A DNA stretch of 62,070 bases, the filler included, from Rhabdomonas costata (lineage: Eukaryota): the NCBI GenBank assembly GCA_019059605.1. It is 29 parts of 29 records of this genome, joined end to end, with 100 filler letters (N's around TTAATTAATTAA, not from the genome) between each part and the next. Parts side by side here need not be neighbours in the genome. Positions count along the whole stretch, not along the records: positions 1 to 2,045 come from JAHMHO010006121.1; positions 2,146 to 4,192 come from JAHMHO010006122.1; positions 4,293 to 6,337 come from JAHMHO010006123.1; positions 6,438 to 8,482 come from JAHMHO010006124.1; positions 8,583 to 10,627 come from JAHMHO010006125.1; positions 10,728 to 12,770 come from JAHMHO010006126.1; 23 more parts are not named here. One strand, 5' to 3'. Of this stretch, positions 1-12,363 are shown piece by piece. Every line of letters begins with the position of its first letter. Positions within the stretch are counted from its first letter, which is position 1. The position numbers and the translations under genes are program-made. Under the pieces are notes generated by a model. It saw only the letters and a list, made by a program, of their open reading frames with translations. It ran no database searches and was not told the origin of the DNA.

Positions 1-1002
1 ATCATGAGACCACTGCACTTCCTATCAGACAATTTTCAGTTTTCCTCGTACACCGAACCCTGAACTGCACTCATACTTCGCTTCAAGAATGTTTTCGTTA
101 TCGCCTTTTTCTATCACTGTACTGTGAACATAGTGTGAACCGCTAGGTCGGTTGTTTCTGTGTGACGGCTTTCGAAACCTTTCCCATAATGAAGCGAAAC
201 TAAAATCAGAAGGACAGAGTGCGAGAAGTCGCTGAAAGCTGAAATTCAAAATTCACACAGACCCAGGCAGACACCCAACCTTTCACTTTCGTTCCCCCGT
301 TTGTCTCGGGACACAGAACAGTGAGTTACAATTTGCTCCTCCGACCGTGACAGTTGTACACTGCCGCCTTGACTGTACCGAGTGTGGCGAGCGGCCACTG
401 CGCCGCAGTCCTTGGTTTGGGAACAAGGCGTTGACCAGTCCAAGCAGCCGCTCGGCGTTTTTCTGATCCTCGGGTTCGACCGTGGCATCGACGTGGCTAT
501 TGACACATGTAACGCATCCCCCACAGCGACAGGCGAACTTCGGCAGGTGAAGCCCGCCGCTTCGGCAATGTGTTCCCGCACGCTCCTCATAGGGCAGCTT
601 CCAGGGAGGGAAACACGGGGACCCCAACCCAGCGCCTACTGACTATCTGGAAGTCGGTCGGGGCGAAGAGGAGGCCGAGGGCGGTACTGAGGGGCGCGCT
701 CACCATAAAAAGGGTGCAAAGTAACAAAAATGAAGTAACAATCAGGTTAGAGGTATGAGAAGACGCAGACAACTCACGATTATCCCACCAAAAATCGGAA
801 GGACCGGGACGTTTCGCTCAACTTATGGCACATAGCCAGGTTCTGCCTGGCGCAGGCCATGACGATCGCAGCTTGTTGGTGCTTTTATTTAGAGTCAAGG
901 GTCAAGGTTAAAAAAGGGTAAAAAAAAAGTCAAGGGTCTTTTTGCTTCACCCGACTTCCAGGCATACCTTTTTTAATAATTCTGTGCATTTTACTCACCC
1001 GC

Positions 1003-2045
1003 ATGAAGACCATGTGGCGAAATAAAACTACATCTTACTCTTCTCTGCAAAGGGCTCTCTGTGGGCTCTGCAGCCTGGCCCTCTCTGCGCTCTCCACGGC
1101 TGCGTTGCCCTGGAATGGGCCCGCCCTTGCCTCCGCTCTTGCCTTGGACGGCCTGAGCGGAGTGTTTGCGGTGATAGCGGTGCACAAGCACCGGGAAGGG
1201 AGTCTGGTGGCCTCGGACTGGCTTCTGTCGGTGTGCATCTCGCTTGCGGTGGTGACGTATGGCATTGCCGTGGGGACCTGCTCAGAGCTGCCGTCCTACC
1301 CGTGCCTGCCGATGGCGATGATGCTGTGGTGCCAAGCCCTTGACCTCCCGGCGGCTGCGTACATAGCGCCCAGCGTGCTGGCTGTGGTGATCCCTGCGGC
1401 GTGCATGACTATCAATTTTGCAGGGGGCATTCCCATTGCCGCAGTAGTTGCGTCAGTGCTGTCCACGGGAGTTGAGGGTCTGCGGAAGTTCCATGCCGTG
1501 GCGGCGCCGATGGACCTGCGGTTCGTGTCACTGACCCGTGGCGCTACCAGCGCGTCGTTTGGGATTGTTCCTATTGAAGCCGCGGTGCCTCGGGAGGTGG
1601 AGTTTGAGGCAGATATAGAGGCGAGTGGAGAGCCCCGAGGTCTTGCGCCTGATGCTACTGCGGTTCTGTCACCGGTAGCGTATCAGAATGGCCTTGTTGC
1701 GACGGATTCTGCCGCCCTGGCTGGCTCAACGATCAAACTTTTTGAGGGGATTCGATCAGGGATAAGGCGGAGCCACTCTGCGATGGTGGAGCATAGCGCT
1801 GACTTCTGCGCATTTCCCAGGGTTCCAGTGGTGACAGGAGGCTCTCCCTTTGCTGCTCGCAGCCTGCTCAGCTCCTCCGCAGAGCGCTCGCTGCATGACT
1901 CTGGTGGTTCCACAGCTCCCCTTTTACACCCACGATACTGCTCTTCTTCCACCACCGCTACCACAACGACCACCACCACTACCACGACCACCATGGCCAT
2001 CAGCAGCGTGGAGCAGACCGCGTTGGCCCCGGTGCCCACCCCACA
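1003..2045 (+). CDS. Hypothetical membrane protein, long uninterrupted ORF, 3' truncated by contig end
   Basis: About 347 open codons with several hydrophobic segments in the N-terminal half and a poly-Thr tract. No family recognised. Confidence 0.6.
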
Positions 2046-2145
2046 NNNNNNNNNNNNNNNNNNNNNNNNNNNNNNNNNNNNNNNNNNNNTTAATTAATTA
2101 ANNNNNNNNNNNNNNNNNNNNNNNNNNNNNNNNNNNNNNNNNNNN
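2046..2145. other. Artificial contig spacer (N-run, TTAATTAATTAA, N-run); recurs every ~2146 nt, about 28 times
   Basis: Identical six-frame-stop linker flanked by Ns at regular intervals. Sequences on either side are unrelated. Confidence 0.99.
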
Positions 2146-2241
2146 GTGTGTGTGTGTGTGTGTTGGGCGCATTGCGCGCTGGCTGTTGCCTGGTGGACTG
2201 GTTGACTGGTTGGTGGTGACCACTGGGGACTGACTGGCGCA
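2146..2241 (-). repeat. Dispersed repeat with (CA)n tail, copy 1 (SINE-like 3' end)
   Basis: GTTGGGCGCATTGCGCGCTGGCTGTTGCCTGGTGGACTGG...CTGACTGGCGCA recurs at 60180-60278, next to (GT)n in both places. Confidence 0.85.
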
Positions 2242-2989
2242 CGCGCTGTTGTGTATGTGTGTGTGTGTGACCGTTCTCAGCCAGTATCCCAAATTCCGGT
2301 CAGTCTTCAGGGAAACCCATGTCACCCAATTAGTCACCTCTGGACCCTTTCCTGTTTGGGGTGGGGCCGGAATTGCCTTTACCCGTACGCCTAAGCGAGC
2401 CTAAGCGCGTCTGACCGAGATGTGGATTCGAGCCGATTTTGGTGCCTGCCAGTATCGGGGATCCCAGGCAGACGGAGACTCGAAGTGAGGCCACCGCGCG
2501 ACAAGTAGTTTGGGCGAGTGCAGAGGGACGGAGGTTCCTAGAACCGCGGTTTAATGCGCCATTGAGGTTTCCCAAGAACCTCCCCCCTGCAGCAGACGTT
2601 GATTCGTGCTTGTACACGCGATTGCATCCTCGGTGTTTCGGTGTAAGTTCATTCCAGCGTGCCTGAGTACATTGTGGAGCCCGAAGTATTTTTTAGTACG
2701 AGGTGGGGGGATGGCGTTAAACATTGTCTTGCGATGAAGAAGAGTCTAGTTTTGTCCCAGTCTATCCCCCCCCGTGTCGCCTCCAACATAAACCTGATCT
2801 ACCCGTCCGACGTACCCCAGCGGCCACTGTATTTAGTTCCAACCAGCCACCCTCCCTCCCCTGCTCTGCAGAGTAAAGTCACAAGCGCTGGGTTACAATT
2901 GTAAACGTTCGGACATTTCCGTATTTGTGCGAGTTGGCCCGTTTGCTGGGCTTTCGTGCAGTCCCCCACCGGCTTCCCTCTGCTCACAG

Positions 2990-3455
2990 GTGCGGTAATG
3001 GACAGCAACAATCCCCCTCTTGTGCTACCTAACGGCTACGTGTACAGCTATCAGGTTTGTTCCCTTCTGACCAATCCCAGTGGTTGCGTTGAGCTGTATC
3101 AAAAAGTTCTTCCATTATTACGGTTTTCCCGTTGATTAAAAGGTTTCCACCGCTTATCGTTCGCATTCCTTCTTTGCACTGTTATGGTTGCCATTTACTG
3201 ATGTGATCACACACGCCACTTTGGGAATGTGGGAGGCAAAAGGAATGCGTTGGGTCAGAGGTTGAGACGTTTTTGTATCCGATGGGGGTGCTCCTTCTGT
3301 TTCTCCTGAGAGTTTCCTCCAGCGAGCGGGCGGCTGGTTTTTGTGTCTGCCTGCAGGCCTTGTCGGAGATGTTTCACGCCATTGGGGGTATCGAGTGTCC
3401 TGTGACTCACCAGAGGTACAGCTGGGACGAACTGCGGAAGGCCTTCGTGTTGTAG
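2990..3455 (+). CDS. MAEA: MAEA/FYV10-like CTLH E3 ligase subunit, last two exons (2990-3054, 3357-3455)
   Basis: Spliced translation GAVMDSNNPPLVLPNGYVYSYQ|ALSEMFHAIGGIECPVTHQRYSWDELRKAFVL* matches the MAEA C-terminal degenerate RING. GT-AG intron, TAG stop. Confidence 0.9.
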
Positions 3456-4914
3456 CATAGAAAAAATACCGACGAAGCAACTGCGGTTGCGTTTTACTTC
3501 TACGCTGACTCTGTTGTACCCTCAGTCTCATGCTCATGGTGTCCCAGTTTGGTTCACCTCGGCATTTTTGTGATATGATGTGCACTCGCCCTCGCCCCGT
3601 CTAACGTCATCTTGTGGTGCTCATTAAGGAATGGATGCGTTGGTTTTTTTCTGCCTGGGTTTACTGTTGAATTCCCTGACCTGTAAAATTGTTGGTTGCT
3701 ATTACAGTCCAGTCGCGTTCTCTGCAGTTCTCAAGACCTAACAAGCACCCTTAAACCTTTCTTCGAGCTGTTTGTGTTGTTGAGGGGGCCGACCGCGTCA
3801 GCTACCCTCCAGCTTTGGCTCCCACATGCCCGCAAGTGTTCAAAACGACCAATGCAAAAGAAGCTCGTCTCATTTTGATATGTGGTTGGGTGCTTTTCAC
3901 TGCCTTTGACTGTGGACGTCGGATTCATGGAAAGAATGCTCGCGGGCGTTCACCTTTTTGACCCTTTTGACATTCAGTAATTCTCTGTTTTGAGGCTATT
4001 CCATTCTGTGTGAAATACCTCACGCAAGATCCCCTCTGCACTATCGTTGCAAGGGTGAAGCTTTTCGCTCCTGCGTGAGGCCACCCCCCGCGTCAGCCCC
4101 CAAGCAGCCTGCCTCTTTCGTACTTCACTATCCTCTCCTATTTGGTATTTTTCCTTTCTGCCACAACCCGGCCCTCACCGCCACCACAACACNNNNNNNN
4201 NNNNNNNNNNNNNNNNNNNNNNNNNNNNNNNNNNNNTTAATTAATTAANNNNNNNNNNNNNNNNNNNNNNNNNNNNNNNNNNNNNNNNNNNNTGTGGGTT
4301 GGTGTATTCCCCTTTCCCACCGAAAACGGAAAACCACCGGGGTGTGCGATCCGGTTTTCACTTAGCAGCCTCAAAAGCCCATGCAAAATTCTGTAGAATC
4401 CAACTGGCCTATCTGAGCACCTAACGCAGACCCTGGTTGCAAAACGCTGCATCGATTTTCTGCATTGTCTCCATTATTACCCTGGATGGCAGGGAGCACC
4501 CTCCCGCCAAAAGAAATGGCACCTTGAGACACAATGTACAGTGTACACTCCGTGAAGCTTGTCGAACAAGCAAGAGGAAGAAACAGCCTATCAAGTGTCA
4601 CAAGAGGCAAAGAGCCACCTCCCACCTATTCACATTCCTTCGACAAAATGGCAGCTCGCGGTACCACTGAATGAACTCTGTTTTTGAGCTCCAAAACGAT
4701 CAAACAAACGGGGAAACAAACAAACAAACGTTTCAGCAAATTTGTCACGGGGAGGGAGCGGATCAGATGGTTGAAAATCAACAAAAACCAGGGCTTTTCG
4801 GTGCATTGCCCTACCCGCTGCACGGTTCGCGCCGACTTCAATGCCCCATTATCCTAGCGCGCAGGTGGGGTGGTGACGCCTTGTTCCTTCTGCCGTGGGG
4901 AGAGCGGGAAGAAC

Positions 4915-6337
4915 CTTTTGCTGGGTTTGATGTGAGCTCAGCCATGACCTGAGCAAACCCGGGGGAGAGAACAGTGGCGCCCAGCCCTGGGGTCTGCGCG
5001 ACGCGACGCAGCAGCTCCTCGGTGACTCACGGGGGGCTGGATCCGGCGGGGACCTCACCGTCCCCACCCAGCGCAGCCTGGACCTCAGGCAGGCGAAGCT
5101 GTGTACAACACATACAAGGGCAACGTTTGCCTCCCAAAATCGATGTAAAATCGTTAGCTGCTGCATCAGCATCCCAGCTTTTACAAGTCCCGATTGTGGC
5201 CAAACGCGGGCGACACACTTCTACTGCGTCGGAGGTTTACAGTTGGTTCCCTCCTTTCGCTGATTGATTTGGCACGGACTTCTTGGGAACTGATGTTTCG
5301 ACTCTTATTGCAGCACATTGTTCTTTTTAACCTTTGTTTGGTGCCGCCCACCACCCCCGGGATCAATGGCGAACGCTCGAGCGCCTCCACGACCCCAACC
5401 GGGGCGCTGCCCCCAGCTGCGGGGACCCCGAGTCACGAGGAGACAGTAAAGCCTGTTGTTCACACGCGCGCGGTGCTGGTGGTTACGCCCTACACCCGCC
5501 AATGACATGCCCACGTGCTGTCATCTCACACTCCTTCCCCCCTCACGTCCCGGACCGTTTCTACTATCTTCGGGTTTCCCCTTCTGTTTCCCGAGGACGT
5601 GTTTTCTGTGCTGTTTTCTTGTGCTTGCGGGGGAGAAAACAAAAGTTTCGGAAGGAAACTGTGGGATTCTTTGGAATGACTCCTTTTTTGAACCAAGTCC
5701 CGGATGTTATAAGCATCGAATTTTCCTCACAGAGCAACAATAATTGCATTTGGCTTCACAATGGGCAGTTGCAGTCATGAAAGAGATTCACTAAGGGGGA
5801 AACACAGTCATGCCTTTCTGGATACGTTCGGTTCTTACAATTACGTTGAGCTTTTGAGGGGCGGTTTCTTAAGCACAGGTAAGTGGAGCTACTTAACTTT
5901 TGAGGGTTGGAGTTTTTAGAAGAGGGTTATTGACGGGAAACAACAGAACACACACAAAGGTGGTGCTCCAAGAGTCTGGGATAGCTCGAGCAACACGCTG
6001 GTAATATCAAAGTGTAATTGAGGTGTATACATCAATTACGTACCTCCGTTCCCTCTGACACCCAACAGTCCTTCAAAAAGAAAATGCAATTGAGACCTCA
6101 GGACGGGGTGTACTGGACGACGTCCCCGCTGGGGCACTGAGGGTAGGAAGCTGCTCTGGTGACGAGCTGCTGCTGCTGCTGCTACTACTGCCATTGCCAA
6201 TACTGCCATCATTCGGCTGTGGCGGTGGAGGGCTTTGCGCCGCAGCCGACCCCGCGCCAGACGCCTTGCTTGGCAAGGGCTTGCTGGAGGTCAGGAAGCC
6301 CCGCTTCAGCCCAACCAACACCCACACACACCCAACA
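4915..6337 (-). CDS. STI1/DP-like domain protein fragment (exons 6337-6097, 5098-4915) with in-frame TGA at 5029-5027
   Basis: GLKRGFL...PRPE|LRLPEVQAALGG..SSPP(TGA)VTEELLRRVAQTPGLGATVLSPGFAQVMAELTSNPAK. Phase-consistent GT-AG joins and GC3-rich codons on both sides of the TGA. Confidence 0.7.
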
Positions 6338-6899
6338 NNNNNNNNNNNNNNNNNNNNNNNNNNNNNNNNNNNNNNNNNNNNTTAATTAATTAANNNNNNN
6401 NNNNNNNNNNNNNNNNNNNNNNNNNNNNNNNNNNNNNCACACAAAAGGGCTCGAATCGGGAAAGGATGTGCACCCGTATCCCATAAATGCAAGTATTTCG
6501 TTGAGAAGTATATGCGGGACCTGTTCGGACCCACATGAGTCCCCTGTTGAAAAAACACAGACTCGACATCCAATAATGCTTCTGGCATTTCCACAGAGAC
6601 AGCTTCGAATCCGTCCTAATCCCGTATGCATTAGCTTGAGAATCGACCTGAATGAGAACTGGAAAGAGAATCCCCAAGAACGACAAAAGGAGGAATTCAT
6701 GGCACCTCCCCTCCCCCCCCCCCTGCTTGAGAATGTGCCTGCCTCGCGCGCTTATACGCGCACGCAAAAAACTCTTCCAATGAGTTTTGTGTTGCGATCC
6801 CTCTTTCGCGGTCTTTCGAATGACACCATCACACGGTTGCTGGTGGAAGCTGGGGAGGTGGGAAGGGAGAAAACTCCGGATAAAGGTGGTAGAACGCAC

Positions 6900-7045
6900 C
6901 TTGTTCACTGTGATTTGGTACTTTTGGCTGGAGGGGTACTCCTCGGGGATCTCTGACTCGGTCAGCGCAGAGGAGTTCGCGGGCTCGCTGGCCGTTAGCA
7001 GCACAGAGCCGTCCGCAAGCCCAACCCCAACCCGTGCAGCGCCTG
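6900..7045 (-). CDS. Probable internal exon of an unknown protein
   Basis: GC3-rich ...ADGSVLLTASEPANSSALTESEIPEEYPSSQKYQITVNK ending at AAG|GTGCGT. The plus strand is also open here, so the strand is uncertain. Confidence 0.35.
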
Positions 7046-8787
7046 CCAGGCGCACCCCCCACAAGGGAGCCACCGACACTGCCGCCGAAAAAGACGAAGC
7101 GGAAGAAGCGGCAGCAGCAGCAGCAGCAGCAGCTCCAGATACAGGAGAAGGAGGAAAGGAAGACATTGACGAATTTCGGAGGGACGGTGGCGAAGCGAGC
7201 AGCAAAAGGGCAGCCAGGGCGGCCAGGAGGAGGGAGCCAGCCACCGGGGCGCACCGTGACCGGCAGCAACGCCCAGGTAAGACGCATTCAGGACACTCTG
7301 AAGGAATCTCTTCGGAGAGGGGCAGGCTGGCATCCTCCACTCCGGAGGCAGTCATAACGTCTTTCGAACGGTGGTGTGGGGGACTAAAGACGACCCTGCA
7401 AAACACAAAACGTGCAGCCAGAGCGGAAGGCTCACTCCGAGCCGCTAAGACCGCTTTGAGGGAGTCCGGAGATACAAGCCGGGTGTCATAACAAAGAAGT
7501 CCCCGCGTCACCTCAAGAGTGAGGGTTTTAGATGTGCATTCCATAGCACGCCTTTTTCAGACGACGATTTTGAGTGTCAATAAAACTTCGTGGGAACACA
7601 ATGCACCGAAGCGAAAATTCAACGCAGGGGTGAATCCATGGTAGTACGACCAATGGTGGGGAGCGCATCCATCGGACAATGCACAATGCACAATGCACAG
7701 TGCCACAGCCTGAGTAACAGTTGTGCTCCCTTTGTGTCCATGCTTGAGCTGGTGGACGAGGGCTCATTCATACTACCCCCTCTTCACAACAAAATCTCAC
7801 TTCTTCTCAGTGCTGCTAAACCAAAAAGCCTCGGGACTTCCGCAGAAACACAGGGGAGTCCTTTGACAAAACGTTGCCAAAACCAACAATAACCGCCACG
7901 CTCGAACACGCGCAGACACACGTACACACGGCCAGACAAAAAATGGAAGTGGAATATTAAAATAATATTGCAAATAACATCACAGCGCGCACAGATACAT
8001 AGACACACACACACGCCGCGGCGTAGCAAGCCAATGGCCACGAGGACCACAATTCTCGACTCACGGATCTACCGAAGGAAGCGGGTCATGAGTGCAAGGA
8101 CAAGCGGAAAACGAGAAAGGGGGGAAGTGACGCAGTGAATAAAAACGCGGAACGGTGACGTCATTTTCAAACATAAACCAAATCGGGATTGCTCATGTAA
8201 ACTAACGCTCAAAGGGCACTTTCCTTCTGCCCATGCCATAAAAGAGAGATGTGCAATGTGCAAGTTCACGAAGTAATTCTTGTGAAAGCTCATGGCGACG
8301 ATGGGCTGAAGAACTGTCCGGCGACTGTTTAGACATTCACAAAAGCAGCAAGCGCTGCCTCCCCACCAGTTGCCTCCAGCTGCTGCTACGATACAGCAGG
8401 CCCAAGGCCAGGCCACACACTCCCTCAGGGGTCCACCCAAAGATGGGGCTTCAAACCTTAGCATCCATCCATAACACACACANNNNNNNNNNNNNNNNNN
8501 NNNNNNNNNNNNNNNNNNNNNNNNNNTTAATTAATTAANNNNNNNNNNNNNNNNNNNNNNNNNNNNNNNNNNNNNNNNNNNNGGTGGTTTGTTAACACCG
8601 AAAATTTGCCTCTCATTGACGCGAGGTTGACTTGCGAGAAGCATTGAGGCATTAAGTTTCTACTCAGATCTTTGAACCTTATCGATTTGGGTTCCAATCT
8701 TGAGTGTATATCAACGAGTGTGTATCAACGATTGGCCCTACCCTTTGCAAAAGTTGCAGGACTATTTTGACCCCCACACACACACAG

Positions 8788-10386
8788 CTCGAGTTGGCAA
8801 AGCTTTTCGAGGTGCTGGCCTTCCAGAATCGTCAGCTCTGCGTCTTTGCACTCTCTGTGAACGACTCTGAGGTGGTGCAGGAGCTGCAGCCCTCGGCCCT
8901 TCCTACCGTAATGATGCTGACCCGATTTCCCCCTTTCCGAAGAGAACTAACCTCTGCTGTCAGCACAGGTCAGGACCCTGCTTGCTCCCTAAATTGGGGT
9001 GAGTATTTCGGTTAGATGAGTCATTAGGTGAACCATTGCTGGCGGTTGCCCGCACCCCACACCCTATTCTGTTTTCGTCGCCTGTCCCCGTGCGTCCCAT
9101 CTCTCGTTCAGATCTCTCACTCTCACTCTCGCGGTTTACAGATATAAAGGCAAGATGAAAAGAAGAGGGTGGGTTGGGAACAAAATGCAGGTGCATAGGA
9201 CACAAAAGGGAGGGGGCCGCAAAAATCATGCTTGAAAATTTGAGTATGGACAACGAGTGGGTTGTTGCGAAACTGCTTCTGTACCCTGCAGTTATGCCGT
9301 AATAGTGGGTTTGAAGCAGATGAAGGGATAACGAGAGGCCAGAACTCAAGCACTGCAATCCCGAGAGGTCTTGGGACAGCCCAGAAGGGTATTTGGGAGG
9401 AGATTGTGTTTTTTATTTATTTTCGGACCTCTTCCAGTGTTCCGGACTTGCTTGCCTTTTGTGAGTTTGACTCAACGTACTGCTTCATCAGGACCCGCTC
9501 AGGACAGACACCTTCTGGTGACTGCTGCTCTCTATCTAACCTCACCTTAATGCTCCTCCTGTTCGGGTTGCCTGCAATATACGAAGGACCCCCAGGAATA
9601 CCTTCATATTAGGGGTGGTTTTTGCAGGAGAGTTCGCGGAATGGGTGCGTTCCCACTTTCTGCCCGAGGTCTCGGAGTTCTCCTCGGAGGCCTACCCCGT
9701 CTTCCTCCTCCGCAAGCTCCCTCTGCTGTACCTCGTCGCTCCTTTGGCCGGCTATGAGGTACCACGAACACTCAACGTTCGCCCATACGGTTTGATTTTG
9801 AGGAGAAGGGGTGTTCGTCGACCGGAGACCAACTTGACGGCGTTCCGTTTTTTTTTCATCTTGCTGTCTCTTCTTTCTCCACACGCGTCACCTCGTAACG
9901 CTGGCAGCAGGACGCTCGGTTTCCTTTCCCGAGGTGTGGAGCTCCCGTTCTTGCCCCCTCTCGTAGCGCAATGTGAGTGACACATCCTGGAAAGGGACAC
10001 TCACATGATGAGTGACACACGGGAGGGAAAATAGAAGCCGTGGTAGAATGACAGAAAGCGCCACCGACAAAGTGGTGCGGAAGAGGACAGTCATCTTGGC
10101 CTCAGACTCACGTTACTGTATGACCACCATAAGACCCACTGAATGACCCACTTTGGCTTCAGCGAGATGGGGTCCCTTGCACTTTTGATTCATGCAGGCC
10201 AACTGGAGGTGCTTCCATTCCGCCGCCAGCAAGCTCAGTGGGGCTCTAACCTTTGTCGCCGTGCGCATTGATCTGAATCCTACGCTGTGGGGGCTGTTCT
10301 CTGCCGTGGCCGTGGGGAAGGGCCTTCCCCTGCTTCTCCTTGAGATACCGCCAGACCCCATCGTGACCGTTGCGGCACCTTCACGG
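8788..10386 (+). CDS. Thioredoxin-fold/PDI-like b-b' domain protein, internal exons (~8788-8907, ~9628-9758, 10198-10386)
   Basis: EFAEWVRSHFLPEVSEFSSEAYPVFLLRKLPLLYLV and FHSAASKLSGALTFVAV resemble PDI b/b' domains. AG/GT boundaries present. Confidence 0.65.
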
Positions 10387-11244
10387 GTGGGTTGATGAAG
10401 ACTGTTTGTTCGATGGGTGATTGTTACCTCTCGATTTCACGGCTGCAGTGGGATGCGATGTGGCTGTGTCCAGGTTCTGTTGTGTTATGGGTGAGTGTGA
10501 AGTGTGTGACTGTAAGATGGCAAGTGGATGGAGTTGTGGAGCGCTGACGGCGGGTGTTGGTTTGCGGCCTTGCAGTTGGGAATGCCTTTCTCTACTTGTC
10601 CACACAACACCCAACCCACCCCAACACNNNNNNNNNNNNNNNNNNNNNNNNNNNNNNNNNNNNNNNNNNNNTTAATTAATTAANNNNNNNNNNNNNNNNN
10701 NNNNNNNNNNNNNNNNNNNNNNNNNNNGGGTGGGGGGTGGCCGTCACATGCATCACTGACGAACTGAAAGTCATCCGGACTCGAGAGATCACAGACAGAT
10801 TTGGCCTCAGCTGCACGTATCCGAATCCTCAGAAACTAGGGAGGATTCTTAGAGAACAAGTGTTCTTCGTTGTTCTGGCCTCACCAGCCATTGCCCGTTC
10901 CGTGGCCCAATGCGTGCCCATTTTTTGGGGGGAGGGGGGGGCGGCGGCTCCAAGTTCAAGTTTCCACTCACAATTTTGTCTCAGACACCTCCCAAACATG
11001 AAATGCTCCGAATATTCTTGTCAAAAACGGCAGCAGTTTCATTTTTCTAGCCTCATGATTACTTGCAATCGCCAGCTCCGTGGCCAGCTGTGTTCTTTTC
11101 GGAGGGTTTGGCGGCTCACGGACTCGCGCTCATGGTTTTCAGAAAGGCTCAGTTCTTAGCGCGGATTCCCGCTATGATCAATGCCGTCGTCAGCTATGTG
11201 GCAACTGCGGACCCTTCACAAGTAACGGTTATCATCGGTTACGG

Positions 11245-12363
11245 TTAGCATAGTTTGCCGTTATCAGTGGTGACCGGAACCTCTGCCCCCCAACTTCCAT
11301 TGGGCCCCCGACCTTGGTGGATGAGCTTGTCCTTCGAGTACAGCTCCCGGATAAACCCCAGCAGCATTCCCGCCAGCACCCCCTGCGTCACCACGGGCAG
11401 AACCAGCCCGAACGGTACCCCGGTCAGCGAGGTCCCCGGCTGGAGCTCCTCCAGGGGACACCACGGCGCCTGCCCCCACCGCAGGGCCACCCACAGTACC
11501 ACCGCGGCCATCGCCAAGAAGTGAGCCACAAGCATCCTGCCGCACGGGAATGAAGATAGAAAAGGCGCGGACCCCCCCCCCCTAAAAACACAGCGCATTT
11601 CAGGGAGAGTTTCCCACGCAGTCGTGCCGTTCAACCGTAAGAAACTTTTGGGGGGAACGATGCACCTCAAAAAGAACATGTCTTTCAGTTGCATTAACGG
11701 TGTTTTTCTGGTATAATAACGGCACCTAATTTACCGCAAATCATCAGAAGCGACACAGAGGTACATGGGTGCAGCACCGCTTCCACCGCCAAATGGGGGG
11801 GGGGGGGTCGAAAAGAATGTGCTCTTAAAGGTTGGAAGCTCCTTGTGTCCTAGTGCACGTAAAGATACGGTGAATGTGCCCCTCTCAGAAGCGGATGCTG
11901 ACCATTTTGGGATCCTTCTTCCGCTTTCAAGATGTGTTGGCCCATTCCGAGGTTTTTTCAGCGTCCATGCCTGCGGTGAGCCGAGGAGGTGCCTCCCAGG
12001 GCAGGGTACCCCACCGTGATCACCAGAGGGACGGAGAACAGCTCCGCCACCCCTGGGACACTTGTGGAGCACCCCCGGGCCACAAATGCCACAAACGGGA
12101 ACCCCAGCGCCAGCCCACACAGCACGGGAAGGGCCTGGGCACGGCTGCGGCGGGTGTACAGCCGAGCCAGAGGGACGGCCAGCCCAAGGACGCACCCCAA
12201 GCTGCCCACCACAGCCACCCAGTAGTTGCCCAGGAACGCCCCACTGGAGAAGGAGCGGGCCAGGGTGGCTGAGGCGCCAGCGAGGGCGATGATGGCCACA
12301 GCGAGGCCGACCCAGAGCACGGTGGCAAGGGTGGCTTTGTGCAGCCTCTCAGCAGAGGAGTCC
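11245..12363 (-). CDS. Multi-pass membrane protein, 3' exons (12363-11971, 11536-11245) joined by a GC-AG intron
   Basis: Two hydrophobic GC-rich ORF blocks join in frame via CGCAG|GCATGG...GGCAG|GATG. Ends in TAA. Confidence 0.7.

Noticed and set aside
2090-2101. Regularly spaced TTAATTAATTAA repeats (CRISPR-like periodicity)
   Set aside because: Synthetic linker between Ns. No CRISPR array, rRNA or tRNA gene was found in the window.
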